Positions 1-12,515 are shown, counted from the whole stretch's first letter. The stretch is DNA of 62,712 bases, filler included, from Stramenopiles sp. TOSAG23-3 (GCA_900128585.1; 20 parts of 20 records of this genome joined end to end with filler, not necessarily neighbours in it), one strand, 5' to 3'. Notes: generated by a model from the sequence alone, not told the origin. Numbers and translations: made by a program.

Positions 1-1782
1 ATTTGTTGTTCCCGTTGGGCAAGTCGGAAAAGTAGGCCGATCGGTTGCTGCGCTTGTCCAAATCGTACAGCATTGGGTTGATGAACCCCAGCGGGGGTTT
101 CTTTGCACTCAAACGTTCCCGGTTCCAACGCGTGATCATGGCGGCCCATATGGGTGCGGACGCGGATGTGCCGTCGATAAGGTCCCAGCCTCTTGAACCT
201 GTGCCTTGCAAGTAAATCAGCACATTGTGTCCAATCGCGGAAACGTCCGGAAATGCCCGATTTGAAGAGTTGAAAGAGGACTTTGGGGGCAAGTTCTCCG
301 TTGCCATGTTCAGGTAAGATTCCACAGCTGAGCTTTGCCACTTGGGACGAGGGGAGTAACGCGAAAACCCACCGCCAGAGGTAATTTTCGCCCCTGTTTC
401 CGTCGAACATACCTGCTCGGTACCATTCGAAGCGCACTCAAAGCCTTTAAAGAACAATGATGGCTTGCACGGTTTGGGTGGGCTCGCAGCCTTTGGGTCC
501 AACACGGTGCTCGACGACAAACTGGTTGCTCCGACGGAAAGAACGTAGGGGGATGCAGCGGGAACCCAGGGTTCAACGCTTTCCCAGGGTCTCGGTCGTG
601 CGAACAGACTGCATTGATGGAACCAGGAGCACCACGATCCCCGCTGCTCGCAACGAGCGTTATTCCACGAAGGGCTAATTTCATAAACTCCACGTTGACG
701 CGCTCGACGTAGGACGCGTTCGAGTGGATTCCCAACAGGGTGCAATTGGCGGGCATGTCAGGTCCAAAATCCGTCGGCCCACACTGCCGTGTTTCCGCAT
801 AACCCCATGAGATGGACACAACCAACGGCGGAGCTTTTGTGTTGTGCAAAGCCAGCCCCAGCTCGTACATCCATTCGTCTACCAACCAAAACGTCGTTTC
901 CTCTGCCGCATCTTCAGCAACCGCGCCGATAAGGTCTGTGTCCAAAGTACACTCTCCCGTTTGGTCAATTCCATCGTTGTGGCCCACGACTGTTTTGGGG
1001 ACAAGGGAATACGTTAACCCCATGGACTGCTGGTACATGTTCAGGTCTCCCACTGCAAACCCTTCAGGGCCCAACGCATGCTGCATCTCTGCAACCGCCT
1101 GAGTCGATCCCACATTGCTCTGCCTCGCATCGCCAATGCCGTACAAAGATTTGATGGTGAGTGGAATGACGGACGGGTCGTCTCCCTCCACGCCGTTCTT
1201 TTGTGTTCGGTGATGTCGACGCAGAGCCGAGAACGGCAGAAAATTGTAAATGGGGGAAACAACTTCAACTATTCCCATAATGTGAGCCGGCAGCTTCAGC
1301 TGGCCAGGGAACGAACGGATCACAGAGACCGCTTTCGACTCTCGGCCCATACAATCGTAACAAAAACGGTACAAAGTAGTGTTAAACAGAAATTCTGCCT
1401 CCTTAACAGACACTTGAAACTGCAGTGCATCCCCCCCCGACCGCACAAGGCCTCCCACGGGCAGTATTGTAATGCTCTTTACCCATGTTTCGACTATTTG
1501 AACATCTCCCTCTTTCGGCTTAATGATCGTGTCGATCGCATCTTTTGTCAAATACTGTCCATAGCGTTGGTTATGCGGATCGCTTACCTTAGACAAAATA
1601 GACTTCAGCTCGTCAATACCTGATCGAGACTGCTTCAACCCAAGTGTGATGGTTAGCACCTCTCCTGATTCCGGGGCACCAAGACGAGTCCACCCAGGAG
1701 GTACGAAACAGTTGCCGACTGTCAGCAAGCAACACAGAAATAAAACGAAGACCGAACCCTTGTGAGGATAATTAAAGGCCAT
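1..1782 (-). CDS. Sedolisin (S53) / tripeptidyl-peptidase I-like secreted protease; frameshifted at ~560 and truncated at the window edge
   Basis: Signal peptide, pro-domain (VSDPHNQRYGQYLT), ECTLD, VVSISWG and ASSGDRG. After NPGFP a second frame continues AASPYVLSVGATS...IDGTSASAPIWAAMI...PPLGFINPMLY, supplying the catalytic Ser. Confidence 0.88.
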
Positions 1783-2330
1783 GCTGCCAACGCTTCTTCT
1801 CGGATTCAGATGCGGACAGGAACAAACGTACAAACTGGGGTTTTATTCCCGATAATAGTTTTGTTTCACGCATCCACAATTTTAGCCTTGATCTGATTAG
1901 TTGAGTTTGTATACTTTCTTCTGTAGAAGAGAGTTTATATATTTTGTCCGTCGTCTTCTCTCTCTTCATCATCATGCATAATAATAATATTCATCAGAAG
2001 CTATAATAAGAGAGCTGCTTGTTGTTAATTTTATAGCTAATTATCCAAGGTATTATTTAATATTCGTCTTCCTTCTTCTTCTTCTTTTTCTCTTCTTATT
2101 ATATTAGACTATATAATATAGACTAATACTGTGTAAGTATTTTTATAGTTTTTCAAATAATAATAATAATAATAATAATAAAATATCTTCTACTATGGCG
2201 ACACAATACTACAGTATTCCATGTTGTTTGGTCTATTATCCGTGTAATAAAATAGTTAGTAGTATTATTATATTAAAATATAAATTACAGCTGTATATAA
2301 TTTACCAAGGAATTTCTTGTTGGACGTAGT

Positions 2331-3054
2331 TCAACGAGGACAGTCTCCTTTATCGTATTCACACGCTGCAGTGTTGCACCCAGAATCTGGTTTCGGTTTT
2401 GCACCGGGGACAATGTCTTTTATGTGGAAGTAAGAGTTTTCCCTGTCATCGCAGTCACCATTGTTCAGCCAGACAGCAGGGCAATCTACAGAACATTGCT
2501 CCTGGCATAACCCTTTTGCCCCTTTCAAGTTGGAAGGAATGTCAACGTTTGTGCACAAGGGGTTCCCTGCCAAATATAAATACCCCAGACTCCACTGGCT
2601 GGCCGATGGCGGTAAACGGTTTAGACGGTTTTGGCGAACATCTAGGGCGATTAATGACTTTAGATTACCTATTGCATTGGGCAGAGATGTAAACGAGTTA
2701 TTCCATGCATACAGTGCAACCAATAGGTTTAAATTTCCCACACTGTTTGGCAACGACGTGAGTCGATTGTTATACACGATCAGACTGAGCAAAGACTTTA
2801 AATTTCCCACATTGTCTGGCAACGATTGGAGTTTATTGTTTTGCACTAAAAGGAAATTCAAGTTTATTAACTGTCCCACACTGTCCGGGAGCAACTGAAT
2901 CTGATTCCCGTACGCATGAAGGTTTTCCAAATCTCTCAAATTTCCCACACTGATCGGCAACGATTTAAGCTGGTTGTTTTGGATCCCAAGATACATCAAA
3001 TTATTGAAATGCCCCACACTGTCCGGCAGTGATCCCAGTTTATTGCCTATTACC
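2331..3054 (-). CDS. Leucine-rich repeat protein with C-terminal LNR/Notch-like Cys-rich domain (5' partial)
   Basis: 23-aa LxxLxLxxNxLxxLPxxVG repeats, a GNPLC cap, then CSVDC..W..NGDCD...CNTAACEYDKGDC. Confidence 0.85.
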
Positions 3055-3154
3055 NNNNNNNNNNNNNNNNNNNNNNNNNNNNNNNNNNNNNNNNNNNNTT
3101 AATTAATTAANNNNNNNNNNNNNNNNNNNNNNNNNNNNNNNNNNNNNNNNNNNN
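3055..3154. other. Artificial contig linker (N-run, TTAATTAATTAA, N-run); recurs 19 times about every 3.1 kb
   Basis: Identical 100-nt spacer with stops in all six frames; the intervening contigs shrink steadily from ~3054 to ~3027 bp. Confidence 0.97.
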
Positions 3155-3952
3155 CAACTTGCTCTTGCATACACCGTGTTGGACAGGGCCCACGTTTCCC
3201 ATTTTGTTCGGTAAATGGTGCAGCGCTGTTACGATTTGTTTTCCCCCAGATACCCTGGACTTTTGGTTATTTGTTTTTTAAAAGAGAAAAAGAAGCGTTT
3301 GCACCAAACTCTCGTGCCCAAATATGCACAGGAAGCTTTGTAGTTACAAAATTGTGGTATGGTATGCGTGGTGCCGTTTCCACTTGAAGTGTTTCTCTTT
3401 GTAATTAAAATTTATTTTACATGTAGCACTGTATTTACCTGTTATTACTTTCCTCCATCATCATTCATTTTTGTTTCTTGTCGTCTTCAATTCAAATTTG
3501 AACACGATCGCACCCTTCCTATATGTATGTTGTATACTCAATGCTGTGTGCATTGACCGCCCAGACTACGACGGACTCCTCGTAGAAATCGATACAGTCG
3601 ATAAAAAACGAAAAAGTAAGACAATTGTGGAACTAAGTTAGAAAGTAATCTGTAACGGTTTGGTGATGCCTGTCGTCGTCTCTTATAGAAAGAAGAAGTC
3701 TTTATTCTCTACCATTTTTATTCGATTGTCAGAATATCTTTGAAACGTAAATATTGCATGGAAACGGGCTTGTAGGGTGTTTCTGGGTAGGGCATGGCGG
3801 GTTGAGTGTGTGGGTGTGGGAGATGGTCGAACGTGTGGAAGAAAAGTATGGGAGACTTTTCGAGACACATTTAATGGACGAAAGGAATAGATTCACATTC
3901 GTGGTACATGAAGAAGACCATTTTTTGTCTAGTGAATACGTTTTATTGATAG

Positions 3953-6208
3953 TTATGTTGTCATCAATTCCACAGAGGCTGGTGCAGTTCCATTCGAAGG
4001 AGAGGGTTTTGGCTCCCCCTCCCATGAATTTCGGAGCCGTCTTTCTCTGTCTGTAGGCCCACATTCAGGTCCCTTTTTTAAGTAACCATACCAGATGGAG
4101 AACACAACAGTCGCCAATGCTGGGAGCAGTATAAGTGCCAACAAAAGGCCGTCCATTTGATTTTTCTTGTTTAAAACTGAAAGCCAGGTGATGCACACCA
4201 ACAACGAAAGAAACGTCTCTTCGGCTCCGTTTAAATATTTGCTTTTGAATGGTTTTAGGTACGACTGGGAGACTCTCATGAGCATCAGAGAAAATGCAAG
4301 GATCACCATTTTCATATCGCTAGAAAGGGGCAGCGACGCCAAAAGTATTAAGTATAATCGGCGTCCCATGCTGATCGCTTCATACCACGAAAATTCCTTT
4401 CGATAGGAGGCCGTCATGACAAGAAGCCATCTGTGATGTTTCGCGTCGCGCTTTTTTACAGCTTTGCCTAGAAAGTAAAGAAAAACCGCCGCCCCAAGAA
4501 GGCCAAAGATGGCAAAGCCTTGCCACACCCAGCTGACGCCTGAAAAGCATCTGATGTTGCCTGCACCAAATAGTCTGTACTGTCCCCCAATGAAGCGGCA
4601 ATTTACCATTTTGGTCAATATTTTACATACTGTCGAGTACGACATGATTAGGGTGGCACTCAACGCGGGGCCGACATTCGTCCATAATTTACTGTTTCGT
4701 GAGAACAAACACATACTGATCGGCCAGCTAATGACCAACAGAATGCAGATGGGATAAACCCTAAAAAGTATCTTCGTAAACGGGCTTAGTCCCGGCAGCA
4801 AACACCGCGAGTTGTCTTCTGGGAGGGCCTTGCTCGCTTGAAATTCCGCTGTTTCTGTGACAGGGTCCAAGTTGAATACCACGAACAACGGCCCCGCCAC
4901 ACTGTGTACCAATGAAGACGGGTTCAACACAAGGCCCACTACTTGGTAAAAAAATGCCAAGTTCTTCAACACCAGCGTGAACAAAATGGGAGGAGCTTCG
5001 TAATTTTTCCGTAACAAGTAAAAAATGAAAATAACGCCTGCTGGCGCGGGAAGTATCAACCACATCCACCCGCTCAACCCAATCACGCTGCACTTGCCGC
5101 ACAGTGCCGTGCCTAGCAGAGACGACAGCCCATCTTTACAATCACCGCACCATGGCACTCGTGGATCTCGGCCAATTGCACAATCTTGTCCGCTTCCCAC
5201 ACGGCAGCCCAAGGCATTCCTAGCGGTGGGTTCGACGGATGTGCCATTCGTATGAGGACAACACCATCCCTTTGGGCAAGGGTAAACAGTCACCTCTCCG
5301 GTTTCTTCAATGTTTCCATAGTAGCCAGGTTTCACGTAAATATCATCTTTTCCCATGCATGTTGCCCCATACTTTGGGCACAGGAAACACTTCTTCCCGA
5401 CCCGAACGTTGTATTGCAAGGGTGAGCAATACGGACACTCAACCAAATGTTTGTTCTCGACCATTTTTATTTGCTCGCCAAGTGCACAACCAGCGACAAT
5501 TGTTGTTGTCTGGGTGCTGAAAATGCCATCGCTTGAAAAGGTAAATCGTAAACGCTTTCCTATAAGGCTCGTAGGCACACGTTTCAGGCGCAAATCATTT
5601 CCGAAATGAATGCTAGCAATGCCCTTCCTATGCACGGGAAAGGTCAGTTTTGACACCGCCATAAATTCTACTTTTGAGTCGTTCACTGTTAAATGGATGG
5701 GGGGGTAGTTTAGGTACGCATTAAAACAGGGCTGACCGTAAGCATCTTGCACGATTAGGCCACCCTTTATCTCTTTGTTTAATGCTATTCTATCTGGAAA
5801 ACCTGGTGCGTAAAATGCAAGTTTATATTTTGACGTAGCCAAGTCACTGCCTCCGACGTTAGCAACATTTCCAGAGTAAAACGTTCGACCCCGGTAACAT
5901 TCTGGTTTAAACTTTAGCCCGTTGGCCCCTTTCGTTGGGTCGTTTATTTGAATGAATACTGCACCACCCGATGCATTTGCTGCATTGGAAACAAAAGAAT
6001 TTTTTCCTGTAAAATTCAAATAACCATTGCATCTGTCAGTTCCAGGGATGTAAGACGAAAAGATTGCCCCGCCGTTGAGAAAAGCATGATTTCGGAGAAA
6101 TTTAGTGTTGTCAAAAGAGGCACCAAAAATGTTATTCAAGTGCTCTCTGGTAAAGGTCAACCCCACACCCCCTCCATGCTTGGCTCTGTTGCTTTCAAAA
6201 TAGCACGC
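3953..6208 (-). CDS. Large membrane protein: GGA(I/V)/FxxN beta-helix repeats, Cys-rich region and multi-pass TM domain (5' partial)
   Basis: FLRNHAFLNGGAIF and FVSNAANASGGAVF motifs, a CPKGWCC/CGDCKDG region and about 7 hydrophobic segments; an architecture common in protists. Confidence 0.75.
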   Translation of the reverse strand, partial: ACYFESNRAKHGGGVGLTFTREHLNNIFGASFDNTKFLRNHAFLNGGAIFSSYIPGTDRCNGYLNFTGKNSFVSNAANASGGAVFIQINDPTKGANGLKFKPECYRGRTFYSGNVANVGGSDLATSKYKLAFYAPGFPDRIALNKEIKGGLIVQDAYGQPCFNAYLNYPPIHLTVNDSKVEFMAVSKLTFPVHRKGIASIHFGNDLRLKRVPTSLIGKRLRFTFSSDGIFSTQTTTIVAGCALGEQIKMVENKHLVECPYCSPLQYNVRVGKKCFLCPKYGATCMGKDDIYVKPGYYGNIEETGEVTVYPCPKGWCCPHTNGTSVEPTARNALGCRVGSGQDCAIGRDPRVPWCGDCKDGLSSLLGTALCGKCSVIGLSGWMWLILPAPAGVIFIFYLLRKNYEAPPILFTLVLKNLAFFYQVVGLVLNPSSLVHSVAGPLFVVFNLDPVTETAEFQASKALPEDNSRCLLPGLSPFTKILFRVYPICILLVISWPISMCLFSRNSKLWTNVGPALSATLIMSYSTVCKILTKMVNCRFIGGQYRLFGAGNIRCFSGVSWVWQGFAIFGLLGAAVFLYFLGKAVKKRDAKHHRWLLVMTASYRKEFSWYEAISMGRRLYLILLASLPLSSDMKMVILAFSLMLMRVSQSYLKPFKSKYLNGAEETFLSLLVCITWLSVLNKKNQMDGLLLALILLPALATVVFSIWYGYLKKGPECGPTDRERRLRNSWEGEPKPSPSNGTAPASVELMTT

Positions 6209-6308
6209 NNNNNNNNNNNNNNNNNNNNNNNNNNNNNNNNNNNNNNNNNNNNTTAATTAATTAANNNNNNNNNNNNNNNNNNNNNNNNNNNNNNNNNNNN
6301 NNNNNNNN

Positions 6309-6388
6309 AGTTGGAAGTCGACCCGAACATACCTGGAAGTTCGATATAGAACAAGTTGGAAGTCGACCCGAACATACCTGGAAGTTCA
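6309..6388 (+). repeat. Tandem duplication, 45-bp period
   Basis: AGTTGGAAGTCGACCCGAACATACCTGGAAGTTC occurs twice at the contig start. Confidence 0.8.
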
Positions 6389-6885
6389 GGGTTTGATGCA
6401 ATACCCAAAGCGATATGATGAGTGATGTGTCTGGGAAAGTGCTATAATAGCGCCCACAGGAAGGGTTGTTATTATGATGGACTAAATATTTTTTTTTACT
6501 ATAGTGTCTAACAATTTATATAGGTAAATATTACAAGCAGTGCATGATGAAGAAAAAAAAAAGCAGCCCCACCACATTATTTTTTTTATTAGCTTAGTAC
6601 TACTGGTATATTAATATATATACGACTAAATAATAATAAATTAGAGCCGACGTCGTCGCCCAGGTTAGTAGAGAGTACTTGGTAGTAGAGAGCGAAAGTG
6701 GTTTATCATTCTTCTCTAATAAATAAAAAATACAAACACTTCATATTATTAATATATTTTAAGAATATTAATATATATTGTTGAACAAAGTAGATGCAGG
6801 AACATAGGGTCGAATAAAATCATACAGGTAAGCACCGAAAGCCCGACCTTCATTGTACATATTTTTCCCAAGGGCACCTTCGAGA

Positions 6886-8350
6886 ATGTCAGCATTCGTG
6901 TCGACTTCAAGTGCTCCTAGCGGAAACCCAGCCTCCGACAAAGGGGAGCTTGCAAAATTGTGTCGGCAGTTGCCATTCGTGTCTCCCTTTTGTGGTCCCC
7001 GTTACTTGGGCGCCGCGGTGGCAATGTCTCCTCTTAAATCTGAACAACTGTACAGGGAAACCCTTGCCTTTGAATTTAGTGCGGCGACGGCTGAGAACTG
7101 TATGAAATGGGGTTCTCTGAACGTCAGTGAGGGTAAGTGGAACTTCGAGGAAGCCGACCGCTTCGTGGCCTTTTGCGAAACCAACAAGTTGGTCATAAAG
7201 GGGCACGCGCTAGTCTGGCACAACCAGCTTCCCGCATTTCTGCACCATAAAATGAATAAGGAAACGCTGTTCTTTTTCATGAAGTTGCACATATTAAAGG
7301 TCGTGCAGCGATACAAAGGAAAGGTGAAGCGCTGGGACGTTCTCAACGAAATCGTTGACGACTCGGGTGTTGGTTTGCGAAAAACAATTTTTTCTAAAAT
7401 TTTGGGAGACGAATTCATCGAAAAGGCGTTCAAATGGGCACATGAAGCCGACCCTGATGCGCTGCTGTACTATAACGATTATAGTATTTGTGATTGGAAT
7501 AAAAAAAGTACGTTTACATACAGCATGGTGAAGCGTCTGCTTGCAAAGAGTATTCCTATCCATGGCGTTGGATTTCAATGCCACCTTCATGCAAACTCCA
7601 TCAACTTTGAGGGGATTAAAAGAAATATACTAAGGTTTTCAGCGCTTGGCTTGTTTGTTAATTTTTCTGAAGTGGATGTACGTGTCAGCGGCATCAGCGA
7701 TTGTTTGCAAACGAGATTGAACTTTCAAAAAATTGCGCTGCGAAGACTCATGGCGACAGCATTCTCGTGCCCTAAGTTTGAAGGCCTCACTTTCTGGGGG
7801 TTTACCGATCTTCATTCTTGGGTGCACGGTTTTTTTGGGAAAGATGAACCTTTGGTGTTCGACTGCGAGTACAGAAAAAAAACCTTCGTTTGATGGGTGC
7901 AGGGTGGGGCTCCTTTCAATCCCGTTGAAAATCAATGAATCATCTTTGAAACGAAGATTCGTGTGTCAAGTCGAGGATTGCTTCGCTTTTGAAGGATGTA
8001 AAATTGATGGGTCTGCGCAAGTCTCCTATGCAAAAAAAAATGGCTTTGTTTGCTTTGCTTTGAACCCACCTTTACCAGGCTCAGAACTGTGCAATATTAA
8101 ATGCATGGGAATTAATGTTGCTACAGAAATGAGCGGAGGGGTCGTTGAGCTGAGGGCTAATACTGTCGACGGTCCCGTGCTTTGCGTTGGTGGGATCGTT
8201 CCCACTGGTAGCTATTCGTCGTTCCAAATGCAGTATTTTGCTTTATCAAACACTGGGTCTGAGGCCGACCTTTCGGCTATCTTCTTGACATTTTTGGATG
8301 CTGACGTTGGCAATTTTACTAGACTCGAATTTTCTGAAATTGTCTTGTGA
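6886..8350 (+). CDS. GH10 endo-1,4-beta-xylanase with C-terminal CBM6-like module; frameshift in the A8 run at 7875-7882
   Basis: AENCMKW, KGHALVWHNQ, WDVLNE (acid/base), YNDY, GVGFQCH, SEVDV (nucleophile) and TFWGFTD. The second frame gives KKPSF then GGVVELRANTVDGPVL...PTGSY, which is CBM6-like. Confidence 0.88.
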
Positions 8351-9006
8351 AGAAGAAGCTGAACGGAAGATTAGTATGAATCAAGTCTCTATGTTTTCTT
8401 TGGTCCCAAATTCTAATGCCAACGATGAAATGCTTCTTTTCTAATCATACAATTACGGATTCTGTTCTCTACAGTCCTTTTTTTTTAATTGCCAGCTTGT
8501 CACCCTTTTGGCATTTTAAATACAACAACAATAGTATTATTATCAGTCCATCCAATAATAGTCGTCTACAATATAACATAAATACAAAAAGACTTCTACC
8601 AAGAAGTAGGGGAGAGAGACTACGAATTAGTATACACAAAGTATCTAGACTTCTCGTCAGATTTTTGTCTAATAATATTACAGGAGAATATCATCAAAAC
8701 GAACCAACAACAAAAATTCTTCATTCTTCTTCATCAATTTTTTTCAAACAACAACAACAAAAAAAGAAGAAGAAGAAGGCGAAAAAAAATAATTATCGTC
8801 TATCTAAAATTCAATTATATGACAAAAAGGAATGATGAACAACAATAACAACATTTAAATGTACGAGGTTTAGATTTGTATTCAAGAAGAGCAACCAAAT
8901 CAATCCAAAACAACTTTTTTAAAAGTAAATTTTATTCTAAGACGAAGAAGATCAAAAGGACAGAACTGAGCCGCCTTTGATCGCCGTCTACAGAGAAAAG
9001 TGGACC

Positions 9007-9362
9007 ATGAAAAAATTCGAGGAAGTCTCTCAGGGGGAAGGGGCTAACCGGAGGGTTTCTTTTGAAATTGAAGGAAAGGATACCCCCTCTCCCCAGAAAA
9101 AGCGGATGACACCACTAATAAAAGTAAATGAACCTCGAATTTCAGATCAGGCGCTTTCGCCTTCGCTTTCTCCAAGGATTCGTAACTATAGAAAGTCTAG
9201 TTTGGGGCTGTGGAACAATATTGAAGAGGATGGTGTAACAGGAGAAATCGCTACCGGCAGTAACCACATCGAGAGCTTAATGTGGGTCGAATATAGAGGA
9301 AGCTTGCGGGAGCGTCTTTTAGATTTTATGCACGAAAAAGGTTACGATAAAACTTTAGATGT
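9007..9362 (+). CDS. Hypothetical protein, N-terminal fragment
   Basis: Open frame from ATG to the contig end, with coding-like composition. Confidence 0.55.
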
Positions 9363-9462
9363 NNNNNNNNNNNNNNNNNNNNNNNNNNNNNNNNNNNNNN
9401 NNNNNNTTAATTAATTAANNNNNNNNNNNNNNNNNNNNNNNNNNNNNNNNNNNNNNNNNNNN

Positions 9463-9663
9463 AGGAAGGAAAGAAGATATTATTATTTTTGTGGTGATAT
9501 TAATATTAATAATAGATGATTTTTGTTGAGAGAAGAAGAAGAAAGAAGAAGAAGATAAAAGAAAGAAGAAGAAAGAAGAAGAAAGAAGAAGAAAGAAGAA
9601 GAAAGAAGAAGAATTAAAAGAAAGAAGATAAAAGAAAGAAGAAAGAAGAAAGAAGAAAGAAGA

Positions 9664-9697
<34 letters not shown>

Positions 9698-9780
9698 AAG
9701 AAAAGAAAGAAGAAGAAACCAAGAAGAAGAAAGAAATAATAAAAGAAGAAAGAAATAATAAAAGAAGAAAAGAAAGAAGA
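9463..9780. repeat. GAA/AAAG low-complexity tract
   Basis: Purine-rich microsatellite; similar tracts at ~11185-11360, 15590-15666, 24675-24880, 28342-28520, 50297-50372, 50600-50830 and 53250-53327. Confidence 0.9.
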
Positions 9781-10095
9781 TTATCGATGAGATTTATTAT
9801 ATTTACAACACTTCTTTCCTTAATTGTTGTTGTAGATATTTTTTTTGGTGGAAGAAGGATGATTATTTTTGCTATGACGACATGAATAATAAAATAATGA
9901 AGAAGAAGAAAACAACCCTGCTCACATCAACATCTCAGGGAAATGGTGGTGTATGTGTTTGTGATGTTAAATGTTTGCCCCGGCCTCGGCTTCTTTTCCG
10001 ATCGCCTGCATTTTTTTAAATGTACTACCATGTGCCCACCCGCGCAGAGAAGATTTGTAAAAATTAGGGAACAAACCGCACAGTAATAACAAAAA

Positions 10096-10749
10096 ATGAA
10101 ACTAACTACGGTCGCTATTTGCGCTTTGGCCTCTGTCGCCACTCTCACTGGAACTAACGCGTCCTTGCGCAATCCGAACTTTATTGACGACGACGTGGTG
10201 GTTGGGTTACGGAGACCCGCGAGGCGTTTGAATACGCAGAGGTATGTGAGGATGAGGTCGTTAGCCGAAACGGTGTCGGTGGAGCAAACAGAAGCGTTTA
10301 AAAACGCGGTCGCGCAGGCACAAGAAGAGTGTGCGGCCCAGCAGGACGCCGCGTTGAACGCACAAGCAGAAAAGTTTGACGCAGCGATGAAGAAATTTCA
10401 GAAGGCAGCGAAAGCCATGTTGATACAGCAAAAGAAAGATTTTGAAAAGGTATTCGCGCAGGCACAAGAAGATTTTGCGGCGCAGCAGGATGCCGCAACA
10501 GCAGAGTGTGCGGCTCGGCAGGATGCCGCGTTGAATGCACAAGCAGAAACGTTTGACGCAACGATGAAGGCAGTGCAAAAGCAGCACAACAGGCAGATGC
10601 AAGAGCAGTTGGTCCGTCAAGCTGAAGAGGTTGAAGGGATGGGTCTGAGCCTCGACGGGGAAGCGGCAATAATGGGGACAAAGAGGGAGCTTTGTGATGC
10701 CTTTCATAACGATCGTGCTCGATTGACTCGTGTGTGTGCAACACGGTGA
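10096..10749 (+). CDS. Secreted coiled-coil protein with internal repeat
   Basis: Signal peptide MKLTTVAICALASVATLTGTNA; duplicated AQAQE..AAQQDAA and ALNAQAE.FDA.MK units. Confidence 0.7.
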   Translation: MKLTTVAICALASVATLTGTNASLRNPNFIDDDVVVGLRRPARRLNTQRYVRMRSLAETVSVEQTEAFKNAVAQAQEECAAQQDAALNAQAEKFDAAMKKFQKAAKAMLIQQKKDFEKVFAQAQEDFAAQQDAATAECAARQDAALNAQAETFDATMKAVQKQHNRQMQEQLVRQAEEVEGMGLSLDGEAAIMGTKRELCDAFHNDRARLTRVCATR

Positions 10750-11548
10750 AGAAGTTCATATATGAAAAAAAAGTATAAGATATAATAATATGTTTTTAAA
10801 ATACTTCTTTCTTAAGAAAGAATTAAGTTAAAAAGAAGAAGAAGAAAGAAAGAAGTAAGTTAAAAAGAAGAAGAAAGAAAGAAAGAAAGAAGTTTAAAAA
10901 AGTGCTGAAATTATTATAATATTTTATTACGGCAAACTCTTCTTCTTCTTCTATACTATTTCTATGTTATTTATTTTTATTATCCTCTCCCTCTGTCTAT
11001 GTAGTATAAATTAATAATAGATTTTATATTTAAATTCTATAAATTCAGCCAATGTATTATTAATACGAATTATTGTACTTAATATATTCCTATCATTAAT
11101 CTTATTCTTTCATCACCAGAATTTATTCTTCAAAGCTATTATAAAGCTACAAATAATAAGCCATAATAAGACCACCACTAAAACTTCTTCTTTCTTTCTT
11201 TCTTCTTCTTTCTTTCTTTCTTCTTCTTTCTTTCTTCTTTTAATTATTATTATTCTTTCTTCTTTCTTTCTTTCTTCTTTTCTTTCTTCTTTTCTTTCTT
11301 CTTTTCTTTCTTCTTTTCTTTCTTCGTCTTCTTCTTATTTCTTTCTTTCTTCTTCTTCATCACCATATTATTTCTCTCGCTTGTTCTTCGCACATTTTTG
11401 AAAGCTTTTCTTCAAATCCCAATTCCAATATCATACCTTTGACTACATTTCCAACTTAGAAACATTATATTGTCTATCTTCTTCGTATTCGTAAGTCATG
11501 CACGTCTGGATTTAGATACCTTCCTACAGCCCATACATACATTTCAGG

Positions 11549-12515
11549 ATGGATGCATTGTTTGACGTATTTAACACGGAGGCCGTGGAAGTGGAGTCGG
11601 CGACGGTGACGGACGTGCCGGAGACGACGACGGCAGCAGCGGCGGACGGGGCGAAGCGGCAAAGGCCGGCAGAGGCCATTGAGGACGGGAACGAAACGAG
11701 CAAAAAGCCGAGGACTGCAACGCACGTGGACCGGGAGAACGATTTCTCGTACTACGAGGAAACCCTGAGCGTAAAGACGGGGAACAAGGACTACCCCCGC
11801 CCCTTGCCGTCCATCGTGACCCTTACGGACGAGAACGAGACGCCCCGGCCGGACCGGAAGACGTGCCGCCACGAGGTCGCCCTTCCCGTGTCGTACACGT
11901 ACGACCAGGTGAAGCCCCGCCTGTCGTCGCCGAAAGCGGTGGAGGAGGGGTCGGGCGCAGCGGCGAAGCCGGAGAGGGTCCCGGCGAAAACGTACCCGTT
12001 CGTCCTCGACCCGTTCCAGGCCCGGGCCGTCGACGCCCTCGAGCGGAACCAGTCCGTCCTCGTCAGCGCGCACACGAGCGCGGGGAAGACGGTGGTCGCG
12101 GAGTACGCCATCGCGATATCCCTCCGGGACAAGCAGCGCGTCATTTACACGTCCCCGATTAAGGCCCTGTCGAACCAAAAGTACAGGGACCTGACGGAGG
12201 AGTTCGGGGACGTGGGCCTCATGACCGGGGACACCACGATCAACCCGAACGCCTCGTGCCTGGTCATGACGACGGAGATCCTCCGGTCGATGATCTACCG
12301 GGGTTCCGAGGTCGTCCGAGAGGTGGCCTGGGTGATCTACGACGAGGTCCACTACATGCGGGACAAGGAGCGCGGGGTCGTGTGGGAGGAGAGCATCGTA
12401 CTCCTTCCGCCCTCCGTCCGCTTCGTCTTTCTCTCGGCCACCATCCCGAACGCCAGGGAGTTCGCGCAGTGGGTCTCGAAAATTCACCAGCACCCGTGCC
12501 ACGTCGTGTACACGG
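11549..12515 (+). CDS. MTR4: Exosome RNA helicase MTR4 (Ski2-like DExH), 3' partial
   Basis: [57 protein letters not shown] and FLSATIPNA. Confidence 0.95.

Noticed and set aside
3055-3154. Regularly spaced TTAATTAATTAA palindromes as a biological repeat or CRISPR-like array
   Set aside because: Embedded in N-runs of fixed length between length-sorted contigs; an assembly linker.
11474-12502. 342-aa antisense ORF (also 28873-29985)
   Set aside because: Shadow of high-GC3 sense genes with clear homology on the other strand.
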